Below are positions 11,400 through 22,100 of a stretch of 22,100 nucleotides of DNA, piece after piece. Where the stretch lies: NCBI GenBank assembly GCA_043228905.1, contig JBHGNT010000512.1, forward strand, positions 1-22,100, given 5' to 3'. The notes under the pieces were generated by a model. It was not told the DNA's origin. It did not search any database and was given only the letters and a program-made list of their open reading frames with translations. The position numbers were made by a program, and so were the translations under genes. Source of the DNA: Azolla caroliniana. Its lineage: Eukaryota; Plantae; Polypodiophyta. The stretch's first letter is position 1, and each line of letters opens with the position of its first letter.

Positions 11400-12390
11400 T
11401 TGTTTATCACTAATATTTGTAATGTCGCTCATTTGTGGTGTTTTGGGTGTTTCCATATGGTGTCTAGATCTTATGTTATCCACAATCATCGACTTGACTT
11501 ATGTCATGACTCATACATATTATCTCATATCCATAATTTTTATTGTCGATATATAATCAATGAAACACACTCAAACAAACTCTACTTGTGAACATTTCGC
11601 ATAACTATTGTACACTAACTCCTATCATTTCTTCAAGAAAAAGATTTAGATACATTGTATAATACTTTTGGAAGGAAATGGTTAGTACAAGTATATTGTT
11701 TGGAATGAAGTTACTCCTTAATAGGATAATAATGCATAACAATGTAAAATCATTGAAACTCTCCATCGTATGATACCTCCATCAAAATTATGATCCATTG
11801 TCCTAGCTAAATGATCACGAAACTAACAATTCAACCAAAACAATTAGGGGTTCTTTTGGCCATGGTATACGTGGAGGAATCTAATTTGACAAACTCATTA
11901 TTTCTTGATATCATCACAATATTGAGATCTCACTTTTTCGTAAAGTGACTATGTTTTCATAATGATTGGAAACATAACAAACCCATGATGAAAAAATGTG
12001 TTTGATTCACATATATTAATCAAGAATTATAGTTTCCTTATGAACTTAACAATCCATGTACGATCAATAATGTGAACTACACCATCATTGGTTGACTCAA
12101 ATATAGATGGAAAATTTCAAGATTTTGAAGGGACCCGATGTATTTAATATGGTTGATGGTATACTTATGCCTAATTTCTAGGGAATATATTGCAATTTGC
12201 CATGGAAAGATAGTGGAGAACTTGTATTGGCAAGATTAATATGGAGTTATGAACAACATATTGATGAACATGACTCATTTGGTCATTCATTAAATAATAA
12301 ATTTAGATGTGACTAAATCTAATTGCAAGATACATAACTTCCTATTTGACCATGTAAATGATATCATGCATCTATGTGTATGTTGAGCAT
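11400..12390 (+). pseudogene. Possible decayed Mutator-like (MULE/SWIM) transposase
   Basis: Frameshifted fragments in the expected order: CFGCFH (~11440), YFWKE..W...NN..E.LHR (~11663-11770), C-D...PCK (~12308-12360). Motif resemblance only. Confidence 0.3.
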
Positions 12391-14067
12391 ATACACCACA
12401 TACTAGGATATCATGTGTGTTTTCACAAGGTCAAAGGTCAATTGTAAAATCCAATTGAGGCTTCTAATGGGGCTTTGGGATGGGTCATTGTGATCAATCT
12501 TGTCTCCTAGAACCTAAAACTTATTCTTATTATGTTCTTTGTCGCTTATATTTTGCAAGGAGACCTAAATATTGTGATTGAGTCCCTATGATCCAAGCAT
12601 CTTGGTCATAGAGTGGGATTGTGAACTCTTAAACATACCACTCTCGAGTTGTGACTCTAATGTTACTTTTTGTTATCTACTCAACTTCAAAAGAGATTGG
12701 CCCTTTAGACAACATGGGGTTTGTGTAAACCATCGTTCTAATTTTTATCAACCGAATGTTAATTGCCTTCTCTAATAATATATTTGTTCCCCTTCAAATG
12801 TTTCTCCAGCTTTTTCTAATACGACTTCAATCTCCATTAAGTTGTTAATTAGTTTCTTGCAATTTAATAATAGCCATTTTCTTGTTTAAAATCTTCCTCG
12901 AGTGGAAAGTATGTGCATGTAATGATCAAATTCTTTGTACTAGCATCTGCCTTTCAAGCATAATGCATGCAACCATATGTTAACAGAGAGAAACATTGTT
13001 TATATGTACGGAAAAAAACAGTACTCAATTGTGAATGTGTCACATACAACATATCGAGTTTTGTGCATGTGTTGGTTGCATGCAAAGAATCAAACTCGGT
13101 GTTTGGTGGCATCTATTCAAATTCCAATTACATATCAATTTTTTACTTGGCAAGTGCATTACCCTCAAGATCCATAGGCAATGCCTAGGTTGTGTGTTCT
13201 TGTCCATTATCCTAGGTACTGTCAAGGATGTTCTTTTCATGACCAAATCCTGTAGAGGACGTGCTCGAGACTATGGGGATGTGGACACGCATTATCCGAG
13301 CTAATGTCGAGGGTGCATGTCAACTGATACGTAGGATAGGGGCTTTTCCATGGTGAGCATTGGAGTGTATGAAGTCAATTTAATAAAGGGGGATGGGAAC
13401 TTACGGGGCGATCTTGAGACTTGAGTTTTATTGGTCCACTACATTAGATTTTATGTGTATATATATACACACAGATGATGGATTGAATCCATGCAAAGAG
13501 GAATCTTCATGAGACTTCATCAATTATGAAAGAAAAGCTTCACAAATACCAAGGCATGAATGTGTGTGAAACTATTGAGTTTGATCCCAAATACCAAGGT
13601 TTGAGTGTTTTGCTTCTTTTTTCTTCCCAAGGAATAAGGTGGAGTTCTTAATGCATGGGAACATGAGCCATTGAAGGAAGTGTCTCTTCTTATGGCATTG
13701 GTGGGTTTTCCTTCTTATACTTATTGCATGCATGGCATTGGGCTATGCTAGTCTAGGCTAGATTAGGTTAGGTAGTAGCAATGAGGGGTCAAAATGATGG
13801 GTTGTAAATAATTGCTTGCATGGCCATGCAAATGAATGGTCTAAGAACGTGGTGTTTAGAAAAGGAAAACATACACAACACAGGGTATATAGACCTGTCT
13901 TCTTATTCAGATTGGAACCTTAGGACTTTAGGGTGTAATGCATGTATGCAGACCGACCTTCCTTACGAAGCTCACGAGGCACCGTGCCCAAGGGATAGAG
14001 ACAAGAGAGAGGCTACAATTGGAATTAGAGCATATTAAACGCCTATTTATATAGTTAACCAGGAACC

Positions 14068-14190
14068 TTTATTTTTATTTTCTTTTCTTTTTCTTTTTCT
14101 TTTTCTTTTTCTTTTTCTTTTTCTTTTTCTTTTTCTTTTTCTCTTTGTTTTTGTTTTTGTTTTCTAAATTTTCTAAATTTTCTAAATTTT
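14068..14190. repeat. T-rich simple repeat (CTTTTT)n followed by (TTTTCTAAA)3
   Basis: Direct inspection. Confidence 0.92.
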
Positions 14191-16489
14191 ATTTTAATGC
14201 TACCTATTACTAGATATACCCATCATTATTAGAAGACATAAATTGTAGGCTGTTGTTATTACAAATAGCAAGAATCATTGTGGTTCTTGTTTCTCATTGA
14301 TCTAAATTTCTTACTGTCATTTTTAACAATTAATGAGTCTTTTTTGTTCTTTGGTGTCTGTGTGTTAATTGTGTGCGTGTGTGCCTCCTGTTTTGTGCCT
14401 TTGCTTTTTGGCCCCAATTTAATCAACCCACGTTGCATGGGCAAAGCATGCACGTACAAGAAAGAAATTTGAATTTATTTATTTATTTAAATATTTATTA
14501 AAAACCCAATCATGTTCAACTCCTACTTTATTTATCCTAGCTACTAGGATCTCCTCAGCATTTCCAATATTGTTTTTATTTTTTTCTCAAACCTAAATTT
14601 ACCCAAAAACCAGTCCCCATAAGCTTATCATTATTTATTTAATGGTTTTTTTCTGCAATCCTTAATTTTAACCAAGTCATTCAATACAAAATGATCATGC
14701 ATCTGATTATATACACAGACATATGCATGTGTGTACATATATGTACATGATTGTCTTTGGGATTTGTACATACATTTTTGCACACCCATGATGATGATCT
14801 TCTACACACACACACATGCTTTTTTAAGGTGTACATTTTTGCTTTTCAATGTACATTCTTGCTTTTTAAGGTACCGTCTCTCTTATTGTCGAGTATCACA
14901 AGTTTGATAAAAATGGGTTCAAGTGGACTATGGTTTTCGATATTTGTTCGAAGAATCGCTTCCACTCGTAAGAAAACACACCAAGTTATGGGTTTATCAC
15001 GTTGGATTGAGGATGTGTTATGCATGTGAGCCTTTGTTACATATATGCATGCAATGTGTTCGCGGTCACTCAAGTGGACCTAAAACACTTTCTAAAGAAG
15101 GCCTTTTATAGATTTGTGCTATGTCCATAAGCTTCGTGTCATTGTAATGCAAATTTTGAACCTTTGGTTCTCAAATATTTCAATTTAGAGGTAACCTTGC
15201 CTCTTCTCCATTTTTTCTTGAATAATTCATGGTTGTGACGCTAGCTTCCATGCAAGCCAATGGTACGTATAATTTTCATGAGTAAATTTGTTCATAAGGG
15301 TGAGCTATATTGATTCACACCCTAAGTGTTAGTGAAACTTACACTTTACTTATACGAATGACCTACCTCCATTCACCTTAATCATGGTCAAGAATCTTGA
15401 GTATCATTACAACTTATACCAAACATGGTTGGGGTAAAGCTCTCCATATGCACATATATCCTTCTAACTTGCTATAGCATAGAAGACAAAGTTTTGATTA
15501 ATGTGTTTTTTATTCAAACATTAAATGTCAAGCTAATTACATGCTCTTGAATTACACCCAAGGTGATTTCGAGACGTAATTGTGTTGTGTATGACCATAA
15601 CATCGGAATGAGATGTGATTTTTTTAAGTATTTAATAATGGGATAAAAAAGGTACACTTATATGTTGCTTTGATATACATACTCATTCATCATTGAATTC
15701 TATTTTATTTTAGAGACAATATTTTAAAAGACCTGGTTCATCACTTTTGCGGGAAACAAGATTGTAGAAGTTAGAAATTAGAACTATATTTTCAATATAA
15801 TAAGCCACAAGTAAGTACATTTTGTAAGTCTCATGGATGCCTAAATAAAGTTAAAAAAGTGTACTTATTATATTGTTGTTCAAATTTCTCATTATTATTG
15901 TTTTTGTTATGGATTAGCACATCTTGGTAGTTCCGAAGAAGTCTCTTTAGGTTTGTCCTCTCTTTCCCCCCTTGTTTAAATGTCAATGGTTTCTAGAATG
16001 CTCTTGTCCTTACAAGCCAACATTGAGTTTTGAAAACAAACATTGCTCGACCAGTCCAAAATGGCATGTTAATTGTGAGGATTCATCGTTGCGTCCTGGA
16101 GACATTTTTCTCTCTCATTTACTCTCTCCATGGTTTTGTCACATTCATTAGCTTGTTCATATGAAGTTAGAATTCCCTTCTTGTTAAATCTCTCATTCCT
16201 CGAAATGCTAGCAAGGATACTAGTTCCCTAAGTTTGTTATATGTTTAACATGAGCTCAAATTGACCTTTTTGTTTCTCTATTGTGTTATGTATAAATTGA
16301 TCGTTAGGCCTTTGTAGGGTCCATATAAAGTTTAGATTGTTCTTTGGAAAATCTCAATATCTCCAAGTTCATTGAGGTTCTATCACCATGAGTCCCTTAT
16401 TACTTAGCTCAAAAAAGAGTGAATCATTTGGCTTTAATGTTGACTTACTTTCTATCACCATTAGGCCCTTACCTCACATAAGCCTCACT

Positions 16490-16940
16490 CGAGTGAGGTC
16501 TTTGACCTTGGTGTATTTATAGGAGTTACAAGGATTGTTAAGCGGTCTTCCTTTTTGTACTACTAAGCCTTCTCTAGATCGTTTAGTTGACATAGGCTAC
16601 AATGTAATAAGATAATCGTGTCAACAGAAAGACAATTTTGAAGAGTAGTCACATCCTTCTATATCTTTAGTTGTCCTCTTTATAATCTTTCCCTTTTCCA
16701 ATAAAAATTCATACACCTCCATGCCTAGATATGTGAAGAAAATGAGCACCTACGACAATGTCCACTCATTCCTAGGAGAGATGTTGATGGGCTTTTTGTT
16801 TCCCCCATGGAGATCCATTTAAGTGAAACATTTTTCTTTTTGAATTGTGTATGGGCCATTGTCTCAAAATTGCTTATATTGGTGATGGTTTGTATCTAAA
16901 AAAGACCTTGGCAATGTATTATGTGAATAATATAGGATAC
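16490..16940 (-). pseudogene. Possible second decayed LINE ORF1 fragment
   Basis: Minus-strand pieces QGLF*IQ...NGPYTI and a later C-N-S-Y-K...G resemble DUF4283 and a broken zinc knuckle. Frameshifts are needed to join them. Confidence 0.25.
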
Positions 16941-17749
16941 CGAATTCACTAGCAACTCAACAAAAATGATTGGCAAAAGAAAACTTTTCTTAAATATATT
17001 TGTAGTTTCCTGAGGTGTTTGTGATGCACAATCTATCTATTACCAATGGATATTGATGTTCAAGTTTGTATTGATGAATGTTTCATAAATAAAAATGTAC
17101 ATAGTTGGAATTCAGCTTGAATGTCCTTGGAAAAATCCCAAAAGAGAAGTATGGGATGAATTCACCATTACATGCGCAAAAGTGGGTTAACCACAAGATA
17201 TTGAGGAAATAACAAGAACTTAGGGACATTTGGAGAAGTAAAGAAAACCCCAAGGATATTACAAAGTTTTTCCCTAAATTATAATTTCTACTTGTTTACA
17301 TAATGCACTTAAAATGTTATTTTAAGCCTTGTATCAAACTTAAATACTTTGCATACATTTTCGATTTGATGTATCACTCTCTAGTTAATCTTAATCTCTT
17401 AATGTCTTATCTTGTTGTGTTACAATTATCATACCACAAAGTTGTGCGCCTCATCTCCCACCTTTTTCACTTGACTTGATTGACACATCGGTGTACCAAA
17501 CTAGCGACATAATGTTCCCTACCGATTCAACACAACATGCTACTTTTGCACACACTATATACAATAAGCATATTGAACAAAGACACTTTGATGGTCATGT
17601 AAAGCATGGGTTGTGTTAAAAAGAGGCAATCTCCTACATGGCCATAACCCTATTTCATTTTACCAAGTCTAATTTATTGCACTCACCATAGAGTAGTAGA
17701 TCCTATTTTCCAAATATTGCACTCCTTTATAGTCAATACCACGTTACTA

Positions 17750-19080
17750 GACCAGCCTACAGTAATGAAGTATAACTTCTCTTTAGAGTCGACTTTGATG
17801 AAGTGCACATGACTGCCTAATCTTGTCCACTCTACATAATCATGACTTTTTCATTATGGGCAAAACTTTATTATAGAGAAATTGAGCACTGGAGTCTCAC
17901 TTGTTTACAGCTATAGCAATTATTATACTAGGAAATTAAGCAAGAAATTGAGTGACTTGCTTCTCATTTGTCAGCATTCCCTTTTTAAGGGCAACGTCAA
18001 TGGTCTAAAGCCATTGATAGAAGTACATTTTTATAAATAAAAAACTAGTGGTACAACCACTGTTTTAGGAGAAAACTATCAATGTGCATGATTTCCAACT
18101 AGAACTATGTTGCAAAGCCATTTTTTTGGAGAAAACTATTAGTATTAGTGTGCATGAACTCAAACTAGAATTATGAGGTTTGCTTGAGAATTGAGCCCAA
18201 ATTTGTAACCTTGCACCAACTACACCATGTTTTTATATTATTTAAAATTCAAATCATCCAAGACCAATAATGATGTATAAAGGCAATGCTTGCAAAGTAT
18301 TGCTTTCATCCAATAAGGAGTTAAAATTTCACTTGGAGTCATCTTCAAATAGTGCATGCAAGGCTAAAATTATCTTGATTGTCTGTGGAGCATTGTCATG
18401 TAGGAAATCAAACATTGATGTCTTAGTATCAGGTTATCAAGAAGGCGATATAATTGTATGTGGTGACTTTTTAGAGGGCCTAAAGGTCGGTATGTGGTGC
18501 ATTCAACATGTCAAGACATGTGGTTGTAAGTGTAATAGCTTACACTAGCATTTTAGCTATTATAGCCAATGAACTCTCTCTTTCAAAGTTTGTTTATTCT
18601 CTATGTGAATATAGATATGTATATTTTGGCCATATGTCAACTTCCATCAAGATTGTCTCATGTAAATATAGGGAGGGATTAAGGTTTCATTTCCTTGTCA
18701 TATTCAATGAAAATTTAAGATCCAAAATTTATGGATAGAGCTCGCTTCCTAGTGGTATATATAAGAATATTTGTAGGTTTTTATAGAATCCTCGAGTTAG
18801 TGCAATTGAATATTATAACATACGATGAACGTACTAAATGCCTTTCTCATCAAGGCACATTTTTACATCCTCTTCCATTGTAATACAATCGAGACTTTTA
18901 CAAAGTTTCAAGCATACCGTTGTCATTTATTATAGTTTAAAACATAACAATTTCAAGTGGACCAACTGCGAATCTTACAAACCGTGTCTTCACCTACAAC
19001 TTCAAAAAATCCATCATATTACTACAAGGTATTGGAATTGGGCTATAGGTCGATATTTTGCATTAATATTAGCTTATTTA
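17750..19080 (-). pseudogene. Highly decayed LINE ORF2 reverse-transcriptase region
   Basis: In correct order on the minus strand: KYRPIA (~19040-19057), AF...YNIQL (~18800-18842), ILDL...EYDK (~18695-18730), LHALFEDDS (18335-18361, cf. FADD) and RSKSLNFL (~17940-17965). Confidence 0.5.
18068..18176. repeat. Diverged ~60-bp tandem duplication
   Basis: ggagaaaactat...tgtgcatga...aactagaa.tatg occurs at 18068 and 18128. Confidence 0.8.
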
Positions 19081-19766
19081 TTTCCACAAAACATTTGGAC
19101 ATTGCGCAATAATTAGAGTAGGTGCCCATGATGCTAACGCCCTAAGCACATAATATGAACTTTTGACAATGCGTAGAAGACTAAAATGTAGAAAATGTCC
19201 ATCTCTTTCTTGCACATCGTGGCCGGTTAGGGTAATGTCAATGCCTAGGAGCACTAAACAAGTTGATATATAATTGTACGGTCACCCAACATATCCAACG
19301 TAAGAACTGTACAACATTGTGGGTCTCATTAGGCTTTGAAAATCCCTCTTACTCAAGGTTGTGATCTTCATTATCTATTTGCACAACTTTTTGTCAATGT
19401 CAAATTGGTAGGTCCCCTTCCTAGATGTGATCACATCCATTTCAGATTTGAACCTTAGTTAAATTTTTGGGGTTTTGCCTCTAACCAATAAGGATACGAG
19501 CTTTCTCACACAATTTGAATTTTGTCCCTTTTCTTTAAGCACACTCACACCCAAACGTTTTTTAAATCACACTTATCGCAAATCACAGAGAGTGGGTCTC
19601 CCTATCCAATATTTTAAGCATTAGTACATATACATTTAGACATTGACAAGTGTTAGCCTATTTAGCCTTGATAGTGAACTTATAAGAGAAATACCATAAC
19701 ACATGAACCCACATTAGAGTCGAGAGCTCAACGAAAGAAGATCATGCGCCACGGATTGTCAAGTCA

Positions 19767-19789
19767 CCCCCCCCCCCCCCCCCCCCCCC
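19767..19789. repeat. C23 homopolymer
   Basis: Direct count. Confidence 0.95.
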
Positions 19790-19955
19790 TTTCTGTCTCT
19801 CTTCTAGATTGGGAAACAATGTCAAATGACTAAGAGCGTGCATGAATATAACTTTGTGCAAAGTGTTCCTCTCTCTTTCTCTCTCAATATTTGACTTACA
19901 TTGTGCTAACTATTGTAATGTGAGAGACCAGGAGTCTAAGTGTAGTGATGCACAT

Positions 19956-19956
<1 letters not shown>

Positions 19957-20005
<49 letters not shown>

Positions 20006-20008
20006 CAC
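19957..20008. repeat. Compound microsatellite (CT)17(AC)9
   Basis: Direct inspection. Confidence 0.95.
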
Positions 20009-20211
20009 AAGGACCTTAGGTGTGAATCGGACTTTACTTTGTTCAATCCTCTCCCTTCCCCCCCACCCCAACACACTCACACACATACACACACACACAA
20101 ACACACCAAACATAAAGTAGATATTACAAAAAAAACCATTCCATTTTTTTATGTGGTGGTGTTGTTTTGTGTGGTGTTTTTATCTCACCAACTTGTTCAA
20201 ACTTCCACTAG

Positions 20212-20244
20212 CTTCTTCTTCTTCTTCTTCTTCTTCTTCTTCTT
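20212..20244. repeat. (CTT)11 microsatellite
   Basis: Direct inspection. Confidence 0.95.
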
Positions 20245-20361
20245 CCAAGCTCCTGATGCGTGTTCATCCATCAGTCATAGGCATCAACATCGTCATTGTC
20301 GTCAACATCGACTTTTGCCTTTTCTTTTGCCTCTTCGAGACAGGTCAAGTGTGATATAATC

Positions 20362-20389
20362 TGTGTGTGTGTGTGTGTGTGTGTGTGTG
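20362..20389. repeat. (TG)14 microsatellite
   Basis: Direct inspection. Confidence 0.95.
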
Positions 20390-20698
20390 CATGACAAGTT
20401 GTGTGCCACTAGTGCATGATCCTTCCAAAGAACATCTCCCCTCCTGATCGATCCCTTACTCACCCTCGCCCTCACACACACACACACACTTGTACACATG
20501 ACACTCACATTCTCATTCCATTGGGAATTCTTTGGCAAAATTCCTCCACAAGGATAAAGGGCAATGTGTGTGGAAATAGTGCTATCATTGCTTTTTGCTT
20601 TTGCTTTTCTTTTTCTTTTTCTTTTGAGTTCTTTTGTCTCTTCCTTGAGCCAAGGCCAACATGTAATTTTATCTCTACACAACCCAAATAGTATAGTA

Positions 20699-20981
20699 GT
20701 AAGTTGTCACAAGTAAAATTTCTTTTACACATATAGTTTGTAGAGAATTCTAGTATTTTGTTTCAAAAACAGGTTTCATTAACCATTCTAGATAGCCCTA
20801 CTGGTATAATTTGTTCTGTTTTTCCGAAGGATTTATTGTGTTAATAGTGATTTTTTCTTTTTCTAATGCAGGAATAAATCAATCATCCTATATGTATTTA
20901 TATATAATGCGAAGGCTAAATATTCTTATCGAGTAATTTGTTGTGATTATAAGTACTTATATTTGATTCTGAAGTTTTCAG
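20699..20981 (+). other. Putative 5'-UTR intron (alternative acceptor at 20871)
   Basis: GTAAGT at 20699, T-rich body, acceptors ttttctaatgcag|G (20871) and gttttcag|G (20981), the latter 10 nt before the ATG. Confidence 0.55.
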
Positions 20982-20991
20982 GATTATAATA

Positions 20992-22008
20992 ATGTATAAT
21001 TATTCACATGGTATATTTAGCATTAATCATGATGAGCTGAACAATAATAGCAGTTACATGATGATGAATACAAATAGCATGGATGATTGCTCTACATATG
21101 ATCTATCCTCTACTAATTACTGTGCTAATCGTATGATTAGTGCTAATCTATTGATGGGTAATGGTGAGGAGGGTGAGGAGGATGCAGAGGATGTGTTTGG
21201 GGATGTAATTAACCATAATGAGGATGAGGATGAGGATGGGTATAATGCTAATTATACTCTTAAATATCACACCAATCTAGCATCTAATCACTCCAAAACC
21301 CATGTCATTAGTGAAGCTACTCACATCATTAATGGTGGGTTAAGAAGCACTAATGATTCTAAGCCTTCTAATCATTATCATATTGAAGCCAATTCTGCAA
21401 TTACTACTACTAATAATAATAAGAGTCATGAGCTGCAATGTGCTCATGACCACCTACTATATATTAATGGTTTAAATCCTAATAATGGGCCAGGGTCATT
21501 TAAAGACAGCCCTAATCATGATCCTCATAATAACATTAAATATGGGCCAGCATTAATGCCCACTGAGGATGTACCATTAATGCATCTATATCATAAATGT
21601 GTGGGGAATAAGAATCCACATGGGCATCATCATCATGATAATAGTGTAATGACCAATGTGAGTGGTCATGATAGACTTGTAGTAGGAGAGGGAGCTACTA
21701 GTGAGCATGAGGCAAGGAGCCTTGTGGCCGTGCCTAGTGTGAACACAAACATAAGGCCGGCCTCGAACAATAACAACAAGACGAAACATAAGAGGAAGCG
21801 TGGGTCATCGGGTTCCTCCTCGTCACCCCCTTCGGCATCATCTTCGAGATCGCGTGTCGGGGGCTCCAATTCGAAGAAGAAGAAGAATAGTGAGGAGCTC
21901 GAGAACCAACGGATGACTCACATTGCCGTCGAGCGCAACCGACGCCGCCAGATGAACGAGCACCTCACCGCCCTCCGCTCCATGATGCCGTCGTCCTACG
22001 TCCAACGG
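20992..22008 (+). CDS. Subgroup Ia bHLH transcription factor (FAMA/SMF-like), first coding exon, partial gene
   Basis: Open frame of 339 codons from ATG 20992 (upstream in-frame TAA at 20950), ending [42 protein letters not shown]. This closely matches the FAMA/bHLH71/94/96 basic-helix 1 region and keeps the H-E-R residues. GT donor at 22009 after YVQR, the conserved Ia intron position. The start codon is less certain than the domain. Confidence 0.93.
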
Positions 22009-22100
22009 GTACGTTCAAACCCACACCTACACCTACACCTACATACCATGGCATTGTGTCTTTTGGGCACGGACATGAATATATGCCCACGACAATCATT
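22009..22100 (+). other. Intron within the bHLH domain (runs off window), with (ACACCT)3
   Basis: cgg|gtacgt donor. The read-through translation lacks the expected GDQASI continuation. Confidence 0.88.

Larger units (their letters stand above)
19760..20698 (+). promoter_or_regulatory. Putative promoter / 5' UTR of the bHLH gene
   Basis: Pyrimidine- and microsatellite-rich, non-TE-like sequence directly upstream of the coding exon, ending at a GTAAGT donor consensus (20699). The TSS cannot be determined from sequence. Confidence 0.55.

Noticed and set aside
12890-13420. Minus-strand TKLDMLYV and FDHY resembling LINE endonuclease motifs
   Set aside because: Two short, weak matches with no GDFN motif; could be chance.
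5910-15111. Numerous 60-117 aa ORFs in the AT-rich middle
   Set aside because: No recognisable domains, many non-ATG starts, and lengths expected by chance or from TE decay.
16378-16471. Short direct repeat ttctatcaccat...ccctta, and other two-copy repeats, as a CRISPR-like array
   Set aside because: Only two diverged copies, eukaryotic context and no cas genes.
19842-20732. ORFs with poly-F, poly-S, HTHT, RERE and CVCV runs
   Set aside because: Translations of microsatellites, not proteins. One is kept only as a uORF candidate.
21430-21450. LQCAH as an RBR-binding LxCxE motif like that of FAMA
   Set aside because: It lacks the Glu, and in FAMA the motif lies C-terminal to the bHLH, outside this window.
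21496-21558. SFKD...KYGPAL as a remnant of the FAMA N-terminal SFADVMQFADFGPKL motif
   Set aside because: Too few identities and different spacing to claim without an alignment.
21586-21869. Minus-strand ORFs 21586-21789 and 21666-21869
   Set aside because: Antisense to the bHLH exon.

Overview
Eukaryotic, plant-type genomic DNA: AT-rich, CpG-depleted outside young elements, rich in microsatellites. A large-genome land plant such as a fern is my guess from composition and is unverified. About 19.5 kb is layered transposon sequence. A fairly young minus-strand Ty1/copia element (5' LTR 1475-1922, tRNA-iMet PBS, gag-protease with two premature stops, running off the left edge) sits inside the gag of an older related copia (1923-~3264). 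A 5'-truncated L1-type LINE with a poly(A) tail and a perfect 17-bp target-site duplication lies at 3978-4500. Heavily decayed LINE-like and MULE-like relics follow. The right end holds the only host gene: a microsatellite-rich promoter/5' leader and a large coding exon (ATG 20992, donor at 22009) of a subgroup Ia bHLH transcription factor (SPCH/MUTE/FAMA family). The ORF track misses it because the frame has no stop before the window ends. I see no convincing evidence of an entirely new biological system. The best leads are the architecture of the bHLH exon, the nested copia structure and a 29-bp hairpin at the old LTR boundary.
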